Below are positions 1 through 9,514 of a stretch of DNA of 64,000 bases, in pieces. How positions within the stretch are numbered: position 1 is the stretch's first letter; every line of letters starts with the position of its first letter. Made by a program: the position numbers and the translations under genes. A model generated the notes under the pieces. That model had not been told where the DNA came from and searched no databases. It worked only from the letters and a program-made list of their open reading frames with translations. The DNA comes from Sumerlaeia bacterium (GTDB lineage: Bacteria; Sumerlaeota; Sumerlaeia; SLMS01; JAHLLQ01): positions 32,001 through 96,000 of the forward strand of contig JAVJSW010000001.1 in assembly GCA_040219255.1 (NCBI GenBank), given 5' to 3'.

Positions 1-1704
1 CTCACCACCGTCGGCAAACTGCGGTGGGTCTTTCTCTTGTATCAGATTATCGCGATTTCGCTGACCTTCTTCGCCTTGTTCAAGTACGTCTTCCTGCCGC
101 TGAACGTGCCCTTGCCGATGGTGGGGCTGTTGGTTCTGGGCGCAGGGCTTTTGCTGGGAGAACAGTTCGACATCGACCGCATCAAGTGGACTCACTTGGC
201 GTGGGGTCTTGTCATTCTCCTTTCGATCCTTCTGATCGGCTGGGGCGGGGCCTCATATTTTCGAACCAACATGCTCAGCGATATCGACATCCGGCGCTAT
301 CGCGGGGTCGAGAGCGTCCTGAGCTGGAAATTCGCCGGGTTTTTCGTACCCATCATCATCGGCTTCCTGCTCGGGCCATGGCTTGATATTCAGCAGTGGC
401 AGCGGGCCCTGCGTATCAACCGCGAGAAAACCAGCGTCGGCATTTCCTACACCTTCGGTGGTATCATCTTCTTCGGCATTCTGTTGTTCCACGGTACGCT
501 GGCGCTGGCCATCTGGGGCGAGGGCGTGCGGCTCGGGCTGAACCTGGCGGAACCCACTACCACGGCGATTTTCCACGCCAAGGACGCGGTTGTCCGCTTC
601 CTGTTCCTGAGCGAGGGCGTCAACGCTCCGGTCCTCTTCAAGGTCATGTACGTCGTCTTCCTGTGCCTGTGCATCGTGGCGACGCTCGACAGCGGCTATG
701 TGGCGCTGAAGTGGTTCCAGAGCGACGCGGTGAACAAGAGCGAAAGCCTGCTTCTGTCGCTCATTCCCAAAAGCTTCCTGAATTCGCCCATTCCGCCGTT
801 CCTGCTGGCGGCGGCGGTGGGGCTGGCGACGGCTCCGCTCGAGGTCGAGCTGGAATACTACATGGCTTTCTACGGCAGTTTCCTGGTCGGCTACTCGATG
901 GTGTTCCTCTTCCGAACGGTGTTCGAGCCCCGATTCACCTCCTTCACCCAGACCACACTGTTCGCGCTGGCGGCCTTCAGCCTGGGCTCCTTCGGCATCG
1001 GGTACTTCAAGGAAATCCCCGTGCTGATGATGCTGGGTTCGATTCTGCCTCTGGTGCATGCCATCGTTTGCATCGCCACGCGCAAGGCGGTGGAAGAAAT
1101 CCGCCGCAGCGGCGTGATGGACAGCCTGGCGGAGGGCGACATCGCCGGCGCCGTGAAGAAAGTCCGGCCGCAGGGGGGCGGCGGGGAAAAGCCCCTCGCC
1201 AAAGAAGCGGCCCCCGAGACACCGCCCATGGTGGTCGAGAGCCATCCGGACCTCTCGCCGTCGATTTCGTCCGTCGCCTCGCAAGGGTCCGCCTGGATCG
1301 AAGGCAAATGGTTCGTCTATCGCTTCATGTCCACGTATCAGGACACGAACTCGGTGGGGAACGTGTATTTTGCCCAATACGGCATGTTCGTGGGCAAGAC
1401 GCGCGAGCTTTTCTTCAATCACGCCATGCCGAATTTCGATCTGCGGACGACGCCGTTCTACATTTTGACGCGATCTTATGAGCACAAGTTCCTGAAGGAA
1501 TCGCGGGAGTTCGAGGAAATCGAAGTCAAAATCCGCATCTCCGACGTGAACCGCAAGTTCGTGACGATGGAGCACAACATCTATAACAGCGCGAAAGAAA
1601 TCCTGGGCAAAGGCAAGCAGGTGCTGCTCTTCGTGTCGTCGAAAGACTACAAACTCCTCGACGTGCCCGCCGAATGCCAGCGGGCGTTCCTGCCCTACCT
1701 GTAG
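1..1704 (+). CDS. 5'-truncated multi-TM transporter-like protein (Na+/solute symporter-like) fused to a C-terminal hotdog-fold thioesterase
   Basis: Frame is open from base 1. About 9-10 hydrophobic segments with SSS-like QQWQRA and ATLDS, a P/S/E/G-rich linker, then YQDTNSVGNVYFAQY...RE thioesterase motif. Stop TAG at 1704. Confidence 0.75.
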   Translation, partial: LTTVGKLRWVFLLYQIIAISLTFFALFKYVFLPLNVPLPMVGLLVLGAGLLLGEQFDIDRIKWTHLAWGLVILLSILLIGWGGASYFRTNMLSDIDIRRYRGVESVLSWKFAGFFVPIIIGFLLGPWLDIQQWQRALRINREKTSVGISYTFGGIIFFGILLFHGTLALAIWGEGVRLGLNLAEPTTTAIFHAKDAVVRFLFLSEGVNAPVLFKVMYVVFLCLCIVATLDSGYVALKWFQSDAVNKSESLLLSLIPKSFLNSPIPPFLLAAAVGLATAPLEVELEYYMAFYGSFLVGYSMVFLFRTVFEPRFTSFTQTTLFALAAFSLGSFGIGYFKEIPVLMMLGSILPLVHAIVCIATRKAVEEIRRSGVMDSLAEGDIAGAVKKVRPQGGGGEKPLAKEAAPETPPMVVESHPDLSPSISSVASQGSAWIEGKWFVYRFMSTYQDTNSVGNVYFAQYGMFVGKTRELFFNHAMPNFDLRTTPFYILTRSYEHKFLKESREFEEIEVKIRISDVNRKFVTMEHNIYNSAKEILGKGKQVLLFVSSKDYKLLDVPAECQRAFLPYL

Positions 1705-1798
1705 CAGGCGGTGTGGGATCGGCTTTCTTGAAGGCTATTCGATCCCCGGGCCCCATGCGCGCGGCCCGGAGTGTCTGCTATCACCTTCCCGTGTGCTT

Positions 1799-4756
1799 TC
1801 AACCTTCCGTGTGCTGCTCGACTCGCTTCTCGCGCAGGCGTTTCGCCATCGGGGTTTGCTTCCAGATCTGACCCAGGATCATCGGGATCAGCGCCAGCCC
1901 CACCACCATGCCCCAACCCGCGAGGGGGACGCCCTCGGAGGTGTTGAGAACCGTGTTTAGCCCTGGCATGTAAACCGCCAAGAGCAGTAAACTCGCGCAA
2001 ATGCCAACCGAACCCCAGACCCACGGGTTCTGGGTCACTTCATTCTTGATAAGCGGCGAACCGGCGGGGCGCATGCTGAAGACGTGAAGCAGTTGCGACA
2101 ACGCCAGCGTCAGGAACGCGATGGCCGATCGCTGGCTATGGCTGATGTCGAAGAGGGCGCCGCTGGCGAAGTAGGCAGTCAGCGTGACGGCTGAGATCAC
2201 CGATCCGTAAACCGCCAGCCCGATCCAGTCCGCATTGTTGATAATGGGGGCCTTGGGATTGCGCGCGGGCCGTTTCATGATGTCCGGGTCGCCCTCGCTG
2301 ACGCCGAGGGCGAGGGCGGGGAAGACGTTGGTGACGAAGTTGAGGTAGAGAATCTGGAGCGGCGTGATCAGCAAATCGCCGGCCGCCTCGCCGCCGCTGG
2401 CTTCCGCGCCAGTGCCTTCGCCGCCCCCGCCGGGACCGACAACCGCCGCGGCGAGAACGGTGATCACTGCGCTGCTGTTGACGCTCAGCAGGAAAATCAC
2501 GAAGTTGCGGATGTTGTTGAAAATCACGCGGCCTTCGCGCACCGCTTCCGCGATGGTCGTAAACGAATCGTCCTGCAGGACGATGTCGGAGGCTTCGCGC
2601 GCCACCTGGGTGCCGCGCTGGCCCATGGCGACACCGATGTCGGCCTTCTTCAGCGCCGGCGCATCGTTCACGCCATCGCCAGTCATGGCCACGATGTCGC
2701 CGTTTTCCTGGTGGGCGGTGATCAGTTCGAGCTTCTGCTTCGGGCTGACGCGGGCGAGGACCCGGGCGTGGACCAGCCGGCTGACCTCTTCGTCGGTCAT
2801 GTCGTCGAAATCCTGGAGGTCGCGGCCCACGAGGACCTCCGAGTCCTGATCCTCGCCTTCGGTGAAGAGGCCGCATTCCGCGGCGATCTGGCGGGCCGTG
2901 GCGGGTTGATCGCCGGTGACCATGACGACCTGGATTCCCGCGCCACGGCAGGTCTCGATCGCGGCTTTCACGTCGGATCTGGGTGGATCGAGGAGGCCCA
3001 CCAACCCCAGGAAGGTCAGGTCTTTATACGGCTCTTCTTCCACCGCGGCGACGCGTTTGCTCGCGAGGGCGAGAACGCGCAGGCCACCTTTGGCCAACTC
3101 CTTATTCTTGTCGTTCCATTCCTGCCGCTCGGCGTCGGAGAGTTCCGCCTCGCCGCCGTCCTCGGTGCGCTTACGGGTGCTGATGTCCAGGACCGATTCG
3201 GGCGCGCCTTTCACCGCGACGAAGTAGCCGTCGCTGTCCTTGTGGAAGGTTCCCATCAGAGCGGTGTCCGAGTCGAAGGGTTCCTCGCGCTCCTCCGGCC
3301 GCTCCTTGACGAGGGCCTCGCGCTTGAGGCCCGCCTTGGCAGCGGCGTAAAGCAGGGCGATTTCCGTGGGATCGCCGGACGGTTCGGCGACTTCGCCTCC
3401 CGAAGCTTCGTCTTTCCGCCTGTCCTTGGGCTTTTCTCCGGCCATGGAGGCGTTGTTGCAGAGCGCGCCGACAACCAGAAACTCGTGGAGCGGCGTGCCG
3501 TCCTTGATTTCGACGTTGTCGTTGTCGCGCCGGAAGCCCCCTTCCGTGTCATACCCCTGGCCGCTGATCTCGAAGTGCGCGCCGCTGGCCAGCATCAACG
3601 CCTTGGCCGTCATGCGGTTCTCCGTCAATGTGCCGGTCTTGTCGGTGCAGATGACCGTGGTGGAACCAAGCGTTTCCACCGCCGGAAGCCTGCGCACGAG
3701 AGCGTTGCGCTTGGCCATGCGGTACATGCCGCGGGCCAGGGCGATGGTCGCCACGATGGGCAGGCCCTCGGGAATCACGGCCACGGCCAGCGCCACGCCG
3801 GTCTTGACCATAAGCGCCAGTTCCCGCCCCGCCACCAGCCCGGCAACACCCACCACGACAGAGATGCCGATGGTGATCCAGACCAGTTTCTTGCCGAAAT
3901 CGTCGAGCCGTTTCTGGATCGGCGCCTGCTCGCTCTCCGCTTCCTCGACCATGGAGGAAATGTTGCCCAGTTCGGTGTGCATGCCGGTGCCGACGACGAC
4001 GCCTTCTCCCGTGCCGCGGCGGGCGGCGGTGCCTTTGTAGGCCATGTTCTTGCGCTCGGCCAGTTCGATGTCCGCCTCCACCGGCGCGAGCTTCTTGTCC
4101 ACCGGCACGGACTCGCCGGTCAGGGCCGCTTCCTCGATTTGCAGGCGATTGATTTCGATGAGGCGCAGGTCGGCGCTGACGACGTCGCCGCCGTCGAGGA
4201 TCACGATGTCGCCGGGAACGAGTTGTCGGGCTTCGACTTCCTGGGCCTGGCCGTTGCGCCGGACGCGGGCTTTCGACCCCCCCAGCTTCTTCAGAGCCTC
4301 CATGCTCTTCATCGCCTTCCATTCCGTCAAGAAGCCGATGATGGCGTTGACCAGCAGCACGATGGCGATGGCGCCGCTCTCGAGCCAGTCCTGCATGAAG
4401 AGCGTCACCCCCATGGCCACGATCAGGAGCCAGACGACCATGCCCTTGAATTGCGAGATAAAGATTTTCCAGGCGCTCGGGGGTTTGGTGGTGCGCAGCT
4501 GGTTCTCGCCGTACTTGTCGAGGCGTTCTTCGACGTCCGAGTCGCTCAGGCCCCGCTGCGGATCGACAGCGAGTTCCTGACAGATATCTTCCACGCCGCG
4601 TGCCCACGGATTGTCCACATAGGCTGGGTTGTCATCCGTGCGTTCGCGCGGCTTGTCCGGTCCCTGCTCCACCCGCTTGTCCTCCCGCCGCACCTGAGTT
4701 TCCGGGTTCGTGGCCGCCTGCTGCTTCTCGCGGGCGGCGGGTTTGGGGCTGGTCAT
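1799..4756 (-). CDS. Cation-transporting P-type ATPase (type II, Ca2+-ATPase-like)
   Basis: TGES, PEGL, DKTGTLT, KGAPE, MVTGD and TGDGVNDAPALK motifs. ATG at 4756 with GAGGA RBS; the longer listed ORF is a shadow extension over the kinase gene. Confidence 0.95.
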   Translation of the reverse strand: MTSPKPAAREKQQAATNPETQVRREDKRVEQGPDKPRERTDDNPAYVDNPWARGVEDICQELAVDPQRGLSDSDVEERLDKYGENQLRTTKPPSAWKIFISQFKGMVVWLLIVAMGVTLFMQDWLESGAIAIVLLVNAIIGFLTEWKAMKSMEALKKLGGSKARVRRNGQAQEVEARQLVPGDIVILDGGDVVSADLRLIEINRLQIEEAALTGESVPVDKKLAPVEADIELAERKNMAYKGTAARRGTGEGVVVGTGMHTELGNISSMVEEAESEQAPIQKRLDDFGKKLVWITIGISVVVGVAGLVAGRELALMVKTGVALAVAVIPEGLPIVATIALARGMYRMAKRNALVRRLPAVETLGSTTVICTDKTGTLTENRMTAKALMLASGAHFEISGQGYDTEGGFRRDNDNVEIKDGTPLHEFLVVGALCNNASMAGEKPKDRRKDEASGGEVAEPSGDPTEIALLYAAAKAGLKREALVKERPEEREEPFDSDTALMGTFHKDSDGYFVAVKGAPESVLDISTRKRTEDGGEAELSDAERQEWNDKNKELAKGGLRVLALASKRVAAVEEEPYKDLTFLGLVGLLDPPRSDVKAAIETCRGAGIQVVMVTGDQPATARQIAAECGLFTEGEDQDSEVLVGRDLQDFDDMTDEEVSRLVHARVLARVSPKQKLELITAHQENGDIVAMTGDGVNDAPALKKADIGVAMGQRGTQVAREASDIVLQDDSFTTIAEAVREGRVIFNNIRNFVIFLLSVNSSAVITVLAAAVVGPGGGGEGTGAEASGGEAAGDLLITPLQILYLNFVTNVFPALALGVSEGDPDIMKRPARNPKAPIINNADWIGLAVYGSVISAVTLTAYFASGALFDISHSQRSAIAFLTLALSQLLHVFSMRPAGSPLIKNEVTQNPWVWGSVGICASLLLLAVYMPGLNTVLNTSEGVPLAGWGMVVGLALIPMILGQIWKQTPMAKRLREKRVEQHTEG

Positions 4757-4788
4757 GATGTGGTCCTCTTTGGGGTGGGTGTTGGGAC

Positions 4789-5751
4789 TTACGTGCGTTG
4801 CCGTTCTGTATTCAGAAGTTGCTCGTAAAGGTGCTCGGTATCCTCGCGGCGGCAAAGTTCGGTGCCGGGGGTCATGACACAGGCGGCCCCGGCGGCGACG
4901 CCGAAGCGCACGGCGTGGTGAAGGTCTTTGCCCCTGGCGAGGGCGAGCACGAAGCCGGCCACGGTGCTGTCTCCGGCGCCGACGCGGCTTCGGATCTGCA
5001 CGGTGGGCGCGGGGACGCGCTCGCACAGGTCGTGCGAGACCGCGAGCGCTCCCGCCGAGCCCAGCGATACGATGATGATCTCGGAAACACCCTTGCCGAT
5101 CAAGTCGCGAGCGGCTTTCACGATCGCGTCGTCGTCTTCGAGTTCTCGCCCCACCAGGGTCTGCAATTCCGCGAAGTTGGGCTTGAGGAGATAACAGCGG
5201 CCCGACTCGGATACGCGCCGCAGCGCTTCGCCCGATGTATCGACGATGACCTTGATCCCTTCGTCGGCGGCGCGGCGGGACATCTCGGCGTAGAAGCCGG
5301 CCGGCACGCCGGGGGGCAGGCTGCCGCTCGCCACCAGGAAGTCGGGTTTGTCGGCGCCTTCTTCGCGGCCGAGAACGGCGGCGATGGCGTGGTCGAGTTC
5401 TTCGCGGGTCATTTCCGCGCCGGGCGTGTTGAAGCGGAACTGGCGGTTGGTGGAGGTCTCCAGCACCGTCAGGTTTTCGCGGGTGAGGCCGTGGATGTCG
5501 ATGCGGTGCTTGTCGAGGCCCGCTTCCTCGAGGAGATTGGCGAGTAACTGGCCCGTCGGCCCGCCAGAGGTGTAGACGGTTTTCGATGTACCGCCGAGTT
5601 GCAGGATGGCGCGGGAGACGTTCAGGCCGCCGCCGCCGGCTTCGAAGCGGGGCTTGCCGCACCGCAGCTTCTTTTCGTCCACCACGTGGTCCACTTCCAC
5701 GGACTTATCGATGGCGGGGTTCAGGGTCAGGGTCAGAATGGATTGCTGCAT
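4789..5751 (-). CDS. pfkB: 1-phosphofructokinase-family (PfkB) hexose kinase
   Basis: TLTLNPAID, GGGGLNVSR, SGSLPPG, LKPN, VSLGSAG and VGAGDS motifs. ATG at 5751. Confidence 0.92.
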   Translation of the reverse strand: MQQSILTLTLNPAIDKSVEVDHVVDEKKLRCGKPRFEAGGGGLNVSRAILQLGGTSKTVYTSGGPTGQLLANLLEEAGLDKHRIDIHGLTRENLTVLETSTNRQFRFNTPGAEMTREELDHAIAAVLGREEGADKPDFLVASGSLPPGVPAGFYAEMSRRAADEGIKVIVDTSGEALRRVSESGRCYLLKPNFAELQTLVGRELEDDDAIVKAARDLIGKGVSEIIIVSLGSAGALAVSHDLCERVPAPTVQIRSRVGAGDSTVAGFVLALARGKDLHHAVRFGVAAGAACVMTPGTELCRREDTEHLYEQLLNTERQRT

Positions 5752-6248
5752 GGGACGGCTCTCGGAAAAGGGATCGGGAGGCACGGCGGCGCCACGGGGA
5801 CTCGCAACCGACAAGAAGACCGGCTTGACCGCCTCTAGAGAGCACTTTAGAGGAGAAGCCAAGCCGGACAACCGTAGGATTATGTTGGATAAGGATTCGT
5901 TCCTGGGTTCCCTCCCGGCAGACTGGGTGGCGCAACTCTGCGTCGCAGCGATCGTACGTTATTCTAAAGCGAGGAGCCGGGAACTGCCGGTTCTCGCGGC
6001 GCCCTCGACGGTTACTGAGAAGGGCTTCTCGGCAAGAGCCGAGCCATGCCGCAAACCGACCATAACTTCAGCAATAGCAAAGAATGACAGGTGAAGCCGG
6101 ATCCCACCCGGTGCCGAGGAACGCGGAATCTCGCCGAAATTGCGGCGTGATGTCTGGAAAACGGGCGCCTGCCGGCTTTCGAAGTTCGGCGGCATGATGG
6201 GTGCATAAGCTCCTCTCGAAAAAATAAACCTCTGACCGGAGATGACTT

Positions 6249-6953
6249 ATGCAAATCGCCCTGTCCCGCTTACGAATCCTGGTGACCGCCGCCGCAGCCG
6301 GATTGGCGGTGTCCTGCGCCAGTGGCGCCCGCTACGCCAAGACCACCGGCGATGGCTCCCAGCCCAATGCCCCGGCGGCGCCCTCCCCCGCCACAGCGCT
6401 GGATCCAGCGCCCCCGGAAAATCCGCCCGCCGGAGCCTTTCCCATCGACCCGGTTCACTCCAGCGCCGTGTTCCGCATCAAGCACCTCGGAACCGATTTC
6501 TATGGGCGCTTTGACCAAATGGACGGCTACGTGCTCTTCGACCCGCGAAACCCCGGCGGCGGCGAAATCTTCGTCACTATCCCCACCGCCAGCGTGGACA
6601 CCGACAAGGAAGCGCGCGACGAGCACCTGCGGTCGCCGGACTATTTCGCCGCGGACGAGTACGATGAGATGCGCTTCGTCAGTTCCGAGATCACGCCCTT
6701 GAGCGGTGATCGCTATCGCGTGGACGGCGATCTGACCATCCGAGGCGTGACGCGGCCCCTCTCGACCGAGTTCACCTATGGTGGCGAGAGCTTCGATCCA
6801 TTCATGGAAACGATGAAGAAATCCGGCTCCGCGGAGTTCACCATCAGCCGAAGCGCCTTCGGCGTCGATGGCACCCCGAGCCTGCTGAGCGACGAGGTGG
6901 ACGTGCTGCTCGGCATCGAGGCCAAAGCCCCGGAGGGCGCGTCAGAGGGCTGA
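6249..6953 (+). CDS. YceI-family lipid/isoprenoid-binding protein, probable lipoprotein
   Basis: IDPVHSSAVFRIKH, RDEHLRSPDYF and GDLTIRGVT motifs. Lipobox LAVSC followed by a Pro-rich linker. Confidence 0.9.
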   Translation: MQIALSRLRILVTAAAAGLAVSCASGARYAKTTGDGSQPNAPAAPSPATALDPAPPENPPAGAFPIDPVHSSAVFRIKHLGTDFYGRFDQMDGYVLFDPRNPGGGEIFVTIPTASVDTDKEARDEHLRSPDYFAADEYDEMRFVSSEITPLSGDRYRVDGDLTIRGVTRPLSTEFTYGGESFDPFMETMKKSGSAEFTISRSAFGVDGTPSLLSDEVDVLLGIEAKAPEGASEG

Positions 6954-9380
6954 GGCGCGCGTCGTCACCATGCGGTGCATGTCCATACCCAGCGCCCGCT
7001 CTGGCAACCCCGCCATCGTCATCAGGACGCGCTCCGGCGTCACTGGCAACTCATCGGAGCGATGGCCGGTGGCGTGGGCGATGGCATTGGCCAGGGCCGA
7101 CGCGGCGGGGATCAGGCTCGGTTCGCCGATGCCCTTGATGCCGAAGGGCCCGGCGGGCGTGGGGTCCTCGATCAGCTTGATGTGGATCTTCGGGGCGTCC
7201 AGGGCGCTCGGTATCAGGTAGTCCGTAAAGCCCGGGTTGCGGCACTTGCCGCGGTCGAGAATCAAGTGCTCCATCACGCCCCAGCCCATGCCCTGGACCA
7301 CGCCGCCTTCGATCTGGCCCTCGACCATGTTGGGGTTGATGGCGCGGCCGACGTCGTGGGCGCAGAAGAAATTCTTCACCTGGATGGCGCCGGTGGCGGC
7401 GTTGATTTCGACGTCGGCGATCTGCGTGGCGTAGGCGAAACTGTGATAGGCGATGCCCTGGCCGGTGGCCTTGTCCCAGGGCTGATCGGGCACGGCGTAC
7501 CAGCCCACCTCCGTCAGATTCTCGCGCATGGCGTAGCAACTCTTCACGGCGTCGATGTAATCGAGAAGCGCCTTGCCCGATTCCACGTCCACGATCCTGC
7601 CGTCGTGCAGGTCCAGGCTCTCCACGTCGCGGCGCAGATCCTCGGCCACGCGGTTGAGGAGAGTGCGGCGGAGCTTGCCTGCGGCGTCGATCAGCGGGAA
7701 GCCGCTCATGATGGTGGCGCGGCTGGCCACCGTGGGGCCGCTGTCGGGGACCATGGCGGTGTCGATCTGGTTGCAGAAGACGCGTTCGCTGGGGACGCCG
7801 AGGGCTTCGGCGGCCATCTGGCAGGCGGCCGTCAGAAGGCCCTGGCCCATCTCCGTCAGGCCGATGGCGATGGCGACGCTGCCGTCCTCGAAAATCCGCA
7901 TGTGGGCGCCGGAGCGATTGATGTACTGGCCCCCCGCGTGCAGGTTCACGCCATAGATGATGGTGGCCATGCCGAGCCCCTTAAGGAACAAGGGCTTGCT
8001 GGCGTTGTGGCGGTCGTACTCGGCGCGGCGTTCGGCCCAATTCGCCATGTCCACCGCCGTCTCGATGGTTTCCAGGCAGGGGACGCGGCCGGTCAGCTCC
8101 TGACCGGAAGCCATCGTGTCGCCGGGGCGCAGGGCGTTCTTGCGGCGGACCTCGGCCGGGTCCATGCCCAGCTCGGCGGCGAGTTCGTCGATGATGCTCT
8201 CGTGGCAGAACGTGACCTGGGGCGCCCCGAACCCGCGGAAAGCCCCGCCGAACAGGTTGTTCGTGTAAACGCAGTACGTATCGACGTGGATGTTGGGGAC
8301 GCTGTAGGGCCCGATGCAGGAGATGTTGGCGCGGTCCGCGACGATCTGGCTGAGCCCCGCGTAGGCGCCGACGTCGGCGAGGACCTTGTTCTGCACCGCT
8401 TTAATCATGCCGTCCCGGGAGGCGCCGATCTTGACGTAAGTCGAATAGCGGTGGCGCTTCGAGGACCATTCGACGTCCTCTTCACGCTCGTAGATGAGCT
8501 TGATCGGCTTGCCCGTCGCCCAGGCCAGCAGCGCGGCACAGCAGGCCGGTTCCGTCGGGTAATCTTCCTTGCCGCCAAAGGCCCCGCCGGTGGCGCTTTG
8601 CAGCACCCGCACCAGGTGCGCGGGCACGCCGAGCACCTGGCGTACGCCGTTCTGCACGTAGAACGGGCACTGGCACGAGCTGTGGAGCGTCATCTGGCCC
8701 GCGTGGCCCGGAACGGCCACCACGCCCTGGGGCTCGAGGTAGGCGTGCTCCTGGTAATTGACCTGATAGTGGCGTTCCAGGACGACGTCGCTTTCCGCCC
8801 ATCCGGCGTCCATGTCGCCGGTGATCACGTGCATCGTGTCCAGGATGTTGCCATGGTCGTGGATTTTGGGGGCTTCGGGAGCGAGGCCTTCCTCGGGGCT
8901 GAAAACGCCGGGCAGTTCGTCGTACTCGACCTTGATCAGGGCGGCGGCCTGGCGCGCGGCCTTCAGCGACCGGGCGGCCACGAGGGCGATGCGCTCGCCG
9001 TGCCAGCGAACCTTTTTCTCCGCCAGGAGCGGCTGATCCTTGATGATGATGCCGACCTGGTTGTCGCCGGGGATGTCCTTGGCCAGGAGGATCGCTTCGA
9101 CGCCCGGGACCTGCATGGCGGCGGCGGTGTCGATGGATTTGATGAAGCCGTGGGGGATGTCGCTACAGCGGATGTGACCATGCAGCATGCCGGTGAAGTG
9201 GAGGTCGTCGGCGTACTGGGTCTGGCCTGTGACTTTGCCCCGGGCGTCCACGCGCAGCGGGCTTTGGCCGACGCTCGCGAAGCCCTGCGCCGGCGGTGCG
9301 GTGGCGGGAAGGTCCCTCGTTTCCGCCTTCGCCTCGCGCGCGGGATTCGGAGCCAAACCGGGGGAAGACGTGGGCGCCAT
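6942..9380 (-). CDS. Xanthine dehydrogenase-family molybdopterin-binding subunit
   Basis: RVDARGKVTG, QEHAYLEP, GGAFGGK, AFRGFG, EMGQG, INP...GQIEGG and KGIGEP motifs. ATG at 9380 chosen. Confidence 0.93.
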   Translation of the reverse strand: MAPTSSPGLAPNPAREAKAETRDLPATAPPAQGFASVGQSPLRVDARGKVTGQTQYADDLHFTGMLHGHIRCSDIPHGFIKSIDTAAAMQVPGVEAILLAKDIPGDNQVGIIIKDQPLLAEKKVRWHGERIALVAARSLKAARQAAALIKVEYDELPGVFSPEEGLAPEAPKIHDHGNILDTMHVITGDMDAGWAESDVVLERHYQVNYQEHAYLEPQGVVAVPGHAGQMTLHSSCQCPFYVQNGVRQVLGVPAHLVRVLQSATGGAFGGKEDYPTEPACCAALLAWATGKPIKLIYEREEDVEWSSKRHRYSTYVKIGASRDGMIKAVQNKVLADVGAYAGLSQIVADRANISCIGPYSVPNIHVDTYCVYTNNLFGGAFRGFGAPQVTFCHESIIDELAAELGMDPAEVRRKNALRPGDTMASGQELTGRVPCLETIETAVDMANWAERRAEYDRHNASKPLFLKGLGMATIIYGVNLHAGGQYINRSGAHMRIFEDGSVAIAIGLTEMGQGLLTAACQMAAEALGVPSERVFCNQIDTAMVPDSGPTVASRATIMSGFPLIDAAGKLRRTLLNRVAEDLRRDVESLDLHDGRIVDVESGKALLDYIDAVKSCYAMRENLTEVGWYAVPDQPWDKATGQGIAYHSFAYATQIADVEINAATGAIQVKNFFCAHDVGRAINPNMVEGQIEGGVVQGMGWGVMEHLILDRGKCRNPGFTDYLIPSALDAPKIHIKLIEDPTPAGPFGIKGIGEPSLIPAASALANAIAHATGHRSDELPVTPERVLMTMAGLPERALGMDMHRMVTTRASAL

Positions 9381-9442
9381 GAACTGCGGGTCCTTGTGCG
9401 TGCGGGGATCGGCCGAGTTTCCGGCCAGACATTCAACGGAGC

Positions 9443-9471
9443 AGGCTAGGAAGGCCGCCCCCACCCGTCAA
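9443..9471 (-). promoter_or_regulatory. Sigma70-type promoter for the molybdopterin subunit gene
   Basis: Minus strand TTGACG-N17-TAGCCT, about 60 nt upstream of the ATG at 9380. Confidence 0.6.
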
Positions 9472-9514
9472 CGGAGAAGGGCTTTTGAAGCGTTCCCACT
9501 CGCGAGCGAACCGC

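Noticed and set aside
4757-5662. 5' extension making a 1287-aa P-type ATPase
   Set aside because: Arg/Pro-rich alternative frame over the pfkB-family gene; a good RBS and ATG exist at 4756.
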